Position numbers and translations under genes: made by a program. A DNA stretch of 64,000 nt from Camelus dromedarius (Eukaryota), in NCBI RefSeq assembly GCF_036321535.1, contig NC_087436.1:35342001-35406000 (forward strand). Reading direction: 5' to 3'. The notes below the pieces were generated by a model. It made no database searches. It was not told the DNA's origin and saw only the letters and a program-made list of their open reading frames with translations. Below are positions 48,590-58,655 of the stretch, in pieces (within the stretch, counting starts at the first letter, position 1; each line of letters starts with the position of its first letter).

Positions 48590-48828
48590 ATTTTATTGAG
48601 GTGTAATTGACATGTAACATCATGTTAGTTTCAGGTATACAACATAATAATTCAATATTTGTATATATTGTGAAATGATCACCACAATAAGTGTAGGTAA
48701 CACGCATCACCATGCACAGGTACAATATTTTTTCCTATAATGAGAACTTTTAAGATCCGCTCTCAGCAACTTCCAAATATACAATACAGCGTTATTTACT
48801 TTAGTCACCATACTGTACATTAAATCTT
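48590..48828 (-). mobile_element. Short L1 3' UTR fragment (L1MA9-derived type)
   Basis: 'ttttattgaggtgtaattgacatgtaacatcatgttagtttcaggtatacaacataat...gagaacttttaagatc..ctctcagcaacttccaaatatacaatacag'. Confidence 0.85.
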
Positions 48829-49029
48829 AATGGAATATGATTTTAATAAAAATTCCAAATATTTTGGGAACTTAGGCAAAATTTTCTCCAGTTCATTGAA
48901 ATGGATAGAAATAACCAGTCAATGGTTGATTGACCAAGGCAAGAGTTATATTTGTGATTATTTCTCTGTTTGGCAGTGCCTAGCCCAGTTCCTCAATAAA
49001 TAATTTTCCAAGCAAGAAAGAAAAAAGAA

Positions 49030-49159
49030 GGGGAGGGTATAGCTCAGTGGTAGAGTGTGTGTGTAGCATGCACAGGGTCCTGGGTTCAATCCCCAGTACC
49101 TCCATTAAAAATAAACAAATAAATAAATAAATAATTACCTCCCCCTCAATTTTTTTTTC
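49030..49159 (+). mobile_element. tRNA-derived camelid SINE (Vic-1 type)
   Basis: GGGGAGGGTATAGCTCAGTGGTAGAG start. Pol III A box TAGCTCAGTGG 49040-49050 and B box GGTTCAATCC 49083-49092. Tail 'agtacctccattaaaaataaa(TAAA)n...ttacctcccc'. Direct repeat AAAAAAGAA at 49021-49029 and 49160-49168. Confidence 0.88.
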
Positions 49160-49399
49160 AAAAAAGAACATGAAGATATAGTTGTAATCTGTAAGATCAC
49201 TGCTTACGTCCAAGTTCAGATAAACCATAAATGATGCTGAGATAAGCATTCGGAAATCTGGTCTTCCAAAAATAAATATCAGATTTTGGCAAAATACAAT
49301 AGCTGAAGAGGGGGACTTTGATACATTCCCAATATGTACATCTACAAATCAGTATCAAGGTTTTAAACATAATCTCTTATATGAGGGAAATCGGTTTCC

Positions 49400-49800
49400 A
49401 AATGCAACAATAATTCATAAAGATGCAAACATAAAGGCAAACTAAATGTTCAAAAGTAGAGGGTATACTTAAGTGAATTGTTATATTCTTTATAATTTAC
49501 TAAAATTAAATATTATTAATTGAATTATTTTAAAATCAGAATTATTTACTAATCTTTAAGTATTTAATGACATGAAAACATTGCTGACATATTGTTAAGT
49601 AAGCAAAATTAGTAAGTTTCATGTTCAAATACATATATTTTATAAATATATGCAAAGATAAAAAGAGGCTAAGAAAAGATATAGTAGAATCCTTAAGACT
49701 AATTATTTGTGTATAGTCAAAGTATAAATACATTTTTACTTGTGTTTTTTTCCTATGTTTTCTGAATTGAGCATGTATTACTTTATTAAGTAAAAAATTA
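49400..49800 (+). mobile_element. Very decayed L1ME-type 3' end
   Basis: 'ggcaaactaaatgttcaaaagtagaggg', 'atattgttaagtaagcaaaa', 'tgagcatgtattactttatt'. Confidence 0.55.
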
Positions 49801-50327
49801 TGAAAATGCTCCTTTCCTGAAGAAACAGCAGAAAGCTAGAAAAACCACAGAACAACATCAGATGCTTGTCGAATTTTATGTCCATTCTAAAGTCTGGTCT
49901 TTTTCCTTTTTACCATAATTTTAACCTTGTGAAGTCATTTAATTTCTCTGTTTTGATACATGTAAAATGACAAGATCATTAAGTTAGTTCTTACCTGTCT
50001 AAAGACATAGTAAATAAGCCTTTAAAGCAATACATATTAAAATTCCCAAAAGGAGGCCAAATGAGGGAAAAGAGTTGTAAACTTTTAGAACTGCATGGAA
50101 AAATAAAGATAGTTTTTTTTTTTTAAACCTATAGCTCCTTTTCTTGTCTGAATTTTGGTGTCTTATGTGAGATAATACTGCAAGCCAGTAGCAGAGCTGC
50201 AGTAAAGCACTCAAATCATTAACAATAACTAATATTCAAATAACTCTGTTTTTTAATAGTAATATAATTGTAACTTCTTTTCAAAGTCACTACCTTTTAT
50301 TACTATTTATTAATATGCATTTTTTCG

Positions 50328-50402
50328 GTCAGTCATTCCACAAGTATTTATTAAATGCCTAATATGTGCCTGGCTCTAGGTTGTATGTTGGGGCTGCAGT
50401 AA
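50328..50402 (-). mobile_element. L2 3' terminus
   Basis: 'tcattccacaagtatttattaaatgcctaatatgtgcctggctct'. Confidence 0.6.
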
Positions 50403-51279
50403 GGAGTCTGTTCAGAGCTCATCTGAGGATGATCAGTAATGGAGCGCCATGCCAAACACTGGGTGCCAAATGTTCTTCCACAGTATAGCCTAAGTCACAG
50501 GTCCTTCTACCAAGAGCCCCGTGACACAGTAAATAGAAAACAAGCAGAGAGGTGCCAGAAGACTGGGGTCCTTTGTCTGGCTTCCATTTAGGACTAACAT
50601 TGAAACATGCATGACAAATTAACTTTAATCTTAATCTTAAAGATTTCCCCAATCTGGTTGCTTGACTTGGTATCCATTTCAAATTCTGATTTTCTGAAAT
50701 AAATGAAGTCCACACCAAGCCCTAAGACATGTCTGTGGAATGAAATTGGTATTTATTAATAATAGCTTTTGTTATCTAATTGAGATCATCAAAAAAATTT
50801 AAAATCATCTTCCAGAATTCTTGTTTCTTTGTACATTACCAACTAAACCTTTAAAAGAACAGAGGAGTATTCTTTGGGTTTTTAATTTAGGGCATGTAGT
50901 GACATGATCTTGTATTTTGATGGTTTATTCTTATTTTATAAATAATAAGGAAACATAAATTGTATTCAGTTATAATAATTGATAATTTATCCATTTCAAG
51001 TCTTTACACAGTAAAATAAAGTTATATAATTGTATTAATTGGCATTACAATATTCTACTGAAAATATTTCTCCCTCATCTCCTATGGGCCTTCCCCAACA
51101 CACATGACTACCGACCCAAAGAAGTATAACAGCAAGAAAAAAATTACTGTTTCGTTTTCTAAAACCTACTACAAAATTCAAATTTTTCTCAGTATCTGTC
51201 ACTCACTGTATAATTTTAAGAATTAATAAATCAAAAATTATGCTATGGAATATTGTATCTTCTATATGAATTAGTATTT

Positions 51280-52715
51280 TAAATTGGCTTATTTTATTTG
51301 TTGATTTGTAGGTATAATTAACATATTGTGGATATACTTATTCAGATACGTGTGCTGTTAATATTCTTCCCATGTGTGGCATGTCTGTTGATTTTCTTAG
51401 CAATGTTTTTGTTGAGCATAATTTTTAAATTTATCTTTTTCTTAAAGTTAGTAGGTTTTTGTTCTTTGTTTGTTTGTTGAAGAAATATTTGCCTTTCCCA
51501 AGGTCACAAAGATACTCTCCTACATTTTTGTCTATAAGATCTATGGTTGTGAATTTTATGTTTAGATTTATTAACCATCTCAAAAAACCAGGGGGTAAGA
51601 AGTTAGACAGCAGTTTTCCCATATTGATATACAGTTGTTCTGGCAACATTTGTTTAAAGTCCTATTCTTTTTTTTTATTAGTTATTTATTATTTATCTGG
51701 TACCTTTTCCCAAAAGTCAAATGACCACCTATCTGGTAGTTTATTTCTGGCCTCTACTCCATATCAATGCCAGTACCACACTCTATTGATTAACACATGT
51801 ATACAGTAGGTCTTAAAATAAAATAGGGTGAGTACTTTTACTTTGTGTTTCCTTTATCAGACTTGTTCTGGCTATTCTAGATCAGGTCTTAGAAGCTGCT
51901 TCTAGCTGCCTTCCATGTGGCCTCTCCATAGGCAGTTCATGACATAGCTGTTAACTTCTCCAAGACCAGTAGGAGAATCTTTCCAGTATATGCTGGCAAG
52001 GCAGAGTGACCTCATTAAGAGAAAGGCGTCTCATCACTTTTGCCATCTTTTATTGGTTAGAAGCTAGTCTTAGTTTCTGCTCAGACTCAAAGGGAGGAGA
52101 TAATACAGGGCACAGTGCATTGGGTTTAACTTAGGTTGTGTCTGCCACAACATTTTACGTTAAATTTATTCTTGAGCATTGTATAATTTCTGATGCTACA
52201 GAAAATGATAGTTTTATGCTTTCATTTTCTAATTTTTGGTTGCAAATATATAAAATATCATTGATTTTTGTGTTTAGAATGTGTATCCTGTGAACTTTCT
52301 ATATTCACTTATTAGTTCTAGCACTTTTTTTGTAGATTCCATAGGGGTTTCTATGTAAGCAGTCATGTCATCTGCAAATAACATAATTCTACTTCATCTT
52401 TTCCTATTTTTATGTCTGTTCTTTATTTTTTTTTCCATTCTGTACTTTCTAGAACATTTACTGCAATGTTGAATGGGAATGGTGAGAATGGGCATCCTTC
52501 ACCTCTTCCTGATCCTTGGAGAAAAGTTTTCACTATTTCAACATTGTGTGTATTAGATGTTGTTTTTTTGTTTTTGTTTTTGTTTTTCACAGATTCCCTT
52601 TATCAAGCTAAGGAAGCTCCTTCAACTCCTTCCATTGTTGGAAGAACATTTTTCACTGTAAAATTGTTGAATTTTGTCTCACCTTTTTTCTGCTTATACT
52701 TCATAGAATGACAAA
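51280..52715 (-). mobile_element. Old L1 ORF2 fragment (antisense), interrupted by an MLT1 LTR piece
   Basis: 'ccaaggtcacaaagatactctcctacatt', 'tgccagtaccacact', 'tttgtagattccatagggg...gtcatgtcatctgcaaata', 'ggtgagaatgggcatcct'. Confidence 0.85.
51883..52148 (-). mobile_element. MLT1F/E-like LTR fragment nested in the L1
   Basis: 'tgccttccatgtggcctctccataggcagttcatgacatagctg...tcatcacttttgccatcttttattggttagaagc...aaggggaggagataatacaggg...tctgccaca'. Confidence 0.8.
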
Positions 52716-52744
52716 CTTTTCTTGCTAAAACCTGCTCATATTGC

Positions 52745-52895
52745 ATATTCTTGAGCTAAATAAAAGATTATTGTTTTAAACTATTAATTTGGGGGTGGTT
52801 GATTATGCAGCAGTAGATAATTGGAAGGTTTGGGTGCCCAGATGTGGGTGCTATCATAATAAAAATCTGATGTATATGTCCTTGGTTTGGGGGCA
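52745..52895 (+). mobile_element. MLT1 LTR 3' end joined to the start of MLT1 internal sequence
   Basis: 'gagctaaataaaagattattgttttaaactatt...gattatgcagcagtagataattggaa' followed by 'ggtttgggtgcccagatgtgggtgctatcataataaaaatctga'. Confidence 0.6.
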
Positions 52896-52924
52896 TGCTG
52901 TGTCAATACAGGAACTTAGTGTTT

Positions 52925-53300
52925 TAGGAGAAGCAAGTTTAGTATGTTCCAGCCACTGAGTAAAGCCCAGTGCAGCCATAACAGAGTGGGTGAGGGGGAT
53001 GGGTTGGAGATGGTGCTGCAGAGGTAAGCGGGGCCAGATCACATAGAGTATTTGAGGCAATGTAGAGTTTAAATTTCATTCTTCTCACAATGGCAAGCCA
53101 TCGGGAAGGTTTTCCATCAGAGAACTGATGAGATCTAGTTAAAGTTTTGAAAAAGACACTATTAAAAAGCTGCCATTTAATAATGAGTTATAAGAGTAGA
53201 CAAACAGAGACTAATTAGAAGGCAGTCTATGTAATCCAGGTATGAAATGATGGAGTCTAGGACTAGAGTGTTGAGGCAGGAGGAGATGGGAAATGGTAAC
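52925..53300 (-). mobile_element. L2 fragment
   Basis: 'ggggccagatcacatagag', 'caatggcaagccatcgggaaggttt', 'gtaatccaggtatgaaatgatgg'. Confidence 0.8.
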
Positions 53301-55394
53301 TTTATTTTAAGCATGTTAATAAAGGCATACTTTCCTGCATTCCATATGTGCTCCTCTATTATGCAGTGTTCTCTTTAGGAATATCCACACAAGTAAATGT
53401 AAGTAAACTCTTTAAGACCTCAATTGCTTACAATCATGTTTCTACTTTTCTTTGCCCAACAGAAAGCTCATGGCCAAATTTGTGGCTCAACCTTAGGAAG
53501 TTATAACATGTATATCTGTGCACTATTTTTCCCATTGCTCTCATTCATTTCTTATTTCTATCATTGTTTTCTCCAGCCTGATTTTTATTTTGCTTTAAAT
53601 TGCCCAGATTTAGATTTAGATTGCCCATTGCTTAAAGTGGACTCAAATTCTGTATGGAATCCAGTGATATACAAACATGTGTATTAAGTAACTTTAAATA
53701 TATGAGTCTAGAAACCATGGAAGAGAAACTTGGTTGAGATTGGCCCGGGCTATGCTGGACCCACTAGTTTGCCACCTGTTTTCTTGAAATAGTCCCAAAC
53801 ATGGGAGCTGATCTGCCCCTCTCACATGAAGACAGTTTGGTAGCAGGCATGACTCTGGACCTGGGCAGTAGCTATTAGTTACTGTCCTAATATAGCTTCT
53901 TTTCTTTATCCCTTAACCTTCCTTAGACCCTGGTAAAAATTAGATTTGGTCTGAATATGTGGGAAATTACAGAAGAGGGGACTACCCCAGGGGATAGCAG
54001 TGTTTCTTTCTCTAAAACTGAGATGGTGGTCACTCTGGTGATGGAAGATAGGTTTTCCAGCAAATGCCAGACTCACAAGAGGGACTAGTTAGTTAGCTAC
54101 CTAAAAGGATGGTCGAGCAAGATGGCAGGAGAATAGCTGGTTGGAAGTCTGTTTTTGAGTATAGATAATGCCAGAGCCTAAGGACTTCTCAGATCTAACT
54201 AGGGGATGTTTTATGGGATTAACATCTGACAACAATAAAACTAGTAAATGTTCAGATCACAGTAACTTAGATTAGACACAAAGAAGAAAGACAAGAGGGA
54301 GGAGGGAGCAAAGAGAAGAAGGAGAGGTTGGAAGGGGAGAAAGAGAGGTAGGTGCAAATCTATCTGTACCTATGTACACTACCCTGTGTATAAGCACTCC
54401 TCTCTTTTGTAGATGTTTCCGTGTGTTTTTTCCTGTATATTTTTCCCAAATGGATGCTAGCCTAGATATTTCAGAGTGAATTATGACTTTTTCTGCATTT
54501 AAATCCATAACCCTGCCCTTGCAGTTTATACCTGAGAAACATAGACCTATTTAGAATAGGATGACATGATCGCCCACCCTAAGGTCATTGTTCTTTTTTG
54601 AAGAGGCAGCCTTTGAAATAAACAAATTAGTAAAGCAAAACACAGATACTTTCATCTGCCAGATCCAATGTAGTAATTTAATAGCCATGAGATTATTTAA
54701 ATAAGTAAAGTCTGTAAAAATATCATTATAAAGCCATTAGTTTCAGCATTTACTTAGAAAGTAATATTGACTCCGACAGAAACAATGATCTGGGATTTGT
54801 TTGGAAATTATGTTCTCATTCATGGGAAAAAGTTTTGCCTAGTGCCTGGTATAAGCAAAGAATTAAAAAAGCATAAGAATCAATGATGATTTACCAGTTA
54901 GTGTTATAGATATTTCACAAGTATATACCACACTTATTTCTGTGTAGATACTTATGCCTTTATTTTTCCTCCTCCAGTAGACAATCCCCTTTCTTTAAAG
55001 AAAAACTTATGTTCTAGCACTACCATGACTAAGATCTTTATGAATTTTTCAACCTCAGTTGAGATTTATCTCTTCTGAACACCACACAATCCTTAGGCCA
55101 CAGTAGAGGCTTTAATTATATCCTTTTCATATAGCATTTATTGTTCATATGAGTTTGTTATATCTTCCCCCAGTGTTGCTGAAATATCTGCGATGATGAC
55201 ACCCAGGTCTTGGGAGATCTTAATGAGCTATGTAGAAGATAAGCCTATACACTATTACAAAAATTAAATGCTATTTTAAGACTTTTTTAAAATCCAGAAT
55301 ACCAATGCATATATTGTATTTTTTTAAAGCTATCAAAGATACCAACATACTCAAAGTAAAGGAACCAACCAGTCTCCCCAAAACAACAACAATG

Positions 55395-55525
55395 ATGATA
55401 ATGACAGTTACTGTTTGTTGAGTGCTTACTATGGCACACACCGCTTAGCACGTCATATAGATTAGCTCACACAGTCCTCACGACAGCCCATGACTTGGTT
55501 ACTATTATGACTTTTGATATTAGGC
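55395..55525 (-). mobile_element. MIR fragment
   Basis: 'tgttgagtgcttactatg...attagctcac..agtcctcacgacagcccatg...tactattat'. Confidence 0.75.
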
Positions 55526-55671
55526 ACACCTACTTGGAAATTCATATCATCATCAGGTAACTTTAAAATTAGTTTAAAAGGATACGTAACTGCAACATGA
55601 ACTGTAATACCCTGATGTCAGTATGGCATCCTCTTTCCATGGGGAGAGACAGGATGACATGACCCAGTCTC

Positions 55672-57290
55672 TTTCCTTGATCATTATTATTTCCTTACTT
55701 CCTCTGAATTTGAGCTTTGTTAGGTCTTCTTTTCCTAATTCCTTTAGATGGTAAGTCAGGTTGTTTATTTGAGGATTTTTTTGTTTCTTGAAAAAGGCCT
55801 GTATTGCTATAAACTTACCTCTTAGAACTATTTTTGCTAAATTCCGTAGATTTCGGAAAGGTGTGTTTGCATTTTCATTTGTCTCAAGATATTTTCTGAT
55901 TTCCTCTTTGATTTCTTCACTGATCCATTGTTTTTTTAGTAGCATATTGTTTAGTTTCCATATGTTTGTGCTTTTCCCATTTTTCTTTCTGTAATTAATT
56001 TCTAGTTTCATACCATTGTGGTTGGAAAAAATGCTTGATATAATTTCTATCCTCTTAAATTTGTTGAGAGTTGCCTTGTGACCTTGCATGGGATCTCTCC
56101 TGGAGTATGTTCCATATGCACTTGAAAAGAATGTGTATTCTGCTGTTTTGGAATGGAATGTCCCGTAGCCATCTATTAAGTCCAGCTGGTCTTATTGTGT
56201 CATTTAAGACCACTGTAGCCTTACTGGATGATCTGACCATTGATGTAAGTGGGGTGTTAAAGGCCCTTCTACTATTATTGTGCTATTGTCAATTTCTCCC
56301 TTTATGTTCTGTTATTATTTGCTTTATAGATTTAGGTGTGCTTGCACTGGGTGTATATATGTTAACGTATCCTCTTCTTGTATTGATCCTTTTATTATTA
56401 TATAATGCCCTTTGCCTTTTGTTATAGACTTTGTTTTAAAGTCTATTTTGCCTGATATATTTTCCCCCACTTTCTTGCCATTTCTGTTTGTGTGAACTAT
56501 CTTTTTCCATCCCCTTGCTTTCAGTCTATATGTGTCTTTAGCTCTGAAGTGAGTGTCATATAAGCAGCGTATAGATGGATCTTGTTTTTTAATCCAATCA
56601 GCTGCACAGATTGGGACTGCCCCTGATGTGCTGCCTGTGTAAGAGCCAGCGGTGATCACCCCTGCCGTGCTCAAAAGCCAACCCAGGTCTGAGTTGCCTT
56701 GGCATCACATGGCAAGCTCTCTTCCTGGTTGTTGCAGACTTCAGTGTGCAGTGCAGAGCTGCAATCTAAAATAAGCAAGACTGGAGCATTCACTCATCTC
56801 AGGCTGGGGCATGCACTGGGGTGTTCATGGGAAATTGGGCAGTTTGCAATCTACCCTCTCTACCCTGCCTCAGGAGCAAGCCAGCACTAAAGCACTCCTC
56901 ACAACTGGAGTCAAAGCTTCCCACAGCCCTCCTGTTAGTCCCAGTGGCCTTCCAACCAGCCAAGGGGGCTTGTCTGCTTGTCTTTCCTGTGTCAACCCCA
57001 GGACTGGAGCAACCAATATGTGGCTCATATTGCTCAATCCCCAGGGCAAATCTCCACCCATGTTTCTTCCCTTTTCATCTGATGTCTCCTCCAGGGGCAC
57101 AGGCCCAGACCCGATCACTTCTCTTCCTTTCCTATCTGATTCTGTGAGGATCTTTCTTACAGCCTTGGTTTTTGCCAGTCTCCAGTTAGTTTTCTGTGAG
57201 AATTTCTTCACATGTAGATGTAGTTTTGATGTGTTTATGGAGGGAGATGGGTTCCACATCCTTTTTACTCTGCCATCTTGATCAATCTCC
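55672..57290 (-). mobile_element. L1 5' portion: 5' UTR (~56600-57290) fused directly to a frameshifted ORF2 endonuclease region (~55672-56600); ORF1 and the 3' part are absent
   Basis: Minus-strand start GGAGATTGATCAAGATGGCAGAG resembles an L1 5' terminus with a YY1-type CAAGATGGC. ORF track peptides 'DWIKKQDPSIRCLYDTHFRAKDTYRLKARGWKKI...KIDFKTK...GHYIIIKGSIQEED' and 'GHKATLNKFKRIEIISSIFSNHNGMKLEIN...WKLNNMLL...VLRGKFIAI' are L1 ORF2p endonuclease domain and linker. Confidence 0.92.
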
Positions 57291-57334
57291 ATAATGTATT
57301 TTAAAGACCTGTGAAATGCAAAACTTGGGGACTC

Positions 57335-57585
57335 TTTGGTACAATAGAAAGTGCATGTGCTTGGTAGTCATACAAGATGGGACTTAACTCCCAACTCTGT
57401 TACTTACTATTTGGATGACTTTGTTTAATAACTTAACAACTCTGATTTTTAATTTTATCACACCCAAAATGGGCTTATTAGTGACTACCTCAGAAAGTTC
57501 TTGTAAAGATTGTGTGAAATTGTATTTTCAATGCACTTAGCATGGGCTTGTCACTTAGGCAACCAAGACTATTATTGTTGTAGTT
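57335..57585 (+). mobile_element. MIR SINE
   Basis: 'cccaactctgttacttactatttggatgactttg...aaaatgggcttattagtgactacctcagaaagttcttgtaaagatt...gcacttagca'. Confidence 0.75.
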
Positions 57586-57843
57586 GTTGGTTGGGTGGAA
57601 TAATGGTAGCAAAGATAGTAATATTAACAATTGTGCCTTTTTTTACTATTGCTGTGGGAAAAAAGCAAAACTTTTTGTTACTAGTCACATGGAGAATTAC
57701 AGAAACAAAAACTTCATATAACAGTCATTCTCAATAGTGTACTTTTCTTTGTCAGTTACTGCTATGGCCAATCACTTTTGCATACATAGATGGATTGTGA
57801 CTTCTGATTAACTCTTTCCAAATAAATTCAACTCATATCAAGA

Positions 57844-57886
57844 GATTAAGCTAACTCATATGTGATTAAGCTAAAACATATGTGAT
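57844..57886. repeat. 20-bp tandem duplication (GATTAAGCTAAnnCATATGT x2)
   Basis: gattaagctaactcatatgt / gattaagctaaaacatatgt / gat. Confidence 0.85.
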
Positions 57887-58424
57887 GTTGGTTTCTGCTC
57901 TCAGTGCAGTTTTAAACTGTTAAACCCACACCAGCTGCTTTCATAAACCAGCAGTCCTAATCACCCAGTATCACTCCTGAAGGCACGTTAGATTTAGAAG
58001 GAATGTGATAACCAGCATGAATTTTAGATTTTAAGCAGATTTATTTCAGTTTCTAATCAAACTCATCCCCAGCATTTCCCACTCTTGGGCAAAGAAATTT
58101 AAAGCAAAGAAAATTGAGCTCAAAGAACTAACAGATAAAAAATTTTATGCTGACCATACCAAATCATATCCTTCATTTCTACTTATGTACAAAACTCCTC
58201 AAAATGATTGTCTTATCATCTCCATAGTTTAAATAATTTTTTAAAATGATCTTCCCCTCGTTCAAAATAGAAACATGACAAAAATCAAGGAAATACCTTA
58301 CAGCTTGCAATTTCCTTGAGATTTCTTATAAATAACTGAAATAATTCATTTGAGTCTAAAGATGGGAACAGTAATATACACTGTCTTCTAAGATTTCATC
58401 CCAAAATAATACATCTAAGTTAAA

Positions 58425-58655
58425 ACTTACTGTGTTGTAAGCACTACTTTCCAAGAGCTTAACATGTATTAACTCATTTAAAGCACATAGTAATTCTAAG
58501 AGAGAGATGATATTATTATACCCCGTTTTTTTCCTCATTTTTCAGATGAGAAAACTAGGACATACAGGCTTAAGTATTTTGAAATGTGGTAAATATTAAA
58601 GCCAAGATTCAAATCCAACAGTTTGTCTCCTTGACCCCTCACTCTTAATGCTTAT
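58425..58655 (-). mobile_element. MIR SINE
   Basis: 'tgtattaactcatttaa...attattatacccc...ttcagatgagaaaactagg...agccaagattcaaatccaacagtttgtctcc'. Confidence 0.8.

Noticed and set aside
49030..49105. tRNA gene
   Set aside because: The tRNA-like head continues into a SINE tail with flanking direct repeats, and the acceptor and anticodon stems do not pair cleanly.
55574..56674. 171-aa and 116-aa ORFs as a functional endonuclease gene
   Set aside because: Frameshifted L1 ORF2 fragments with altered catalytic motifs.
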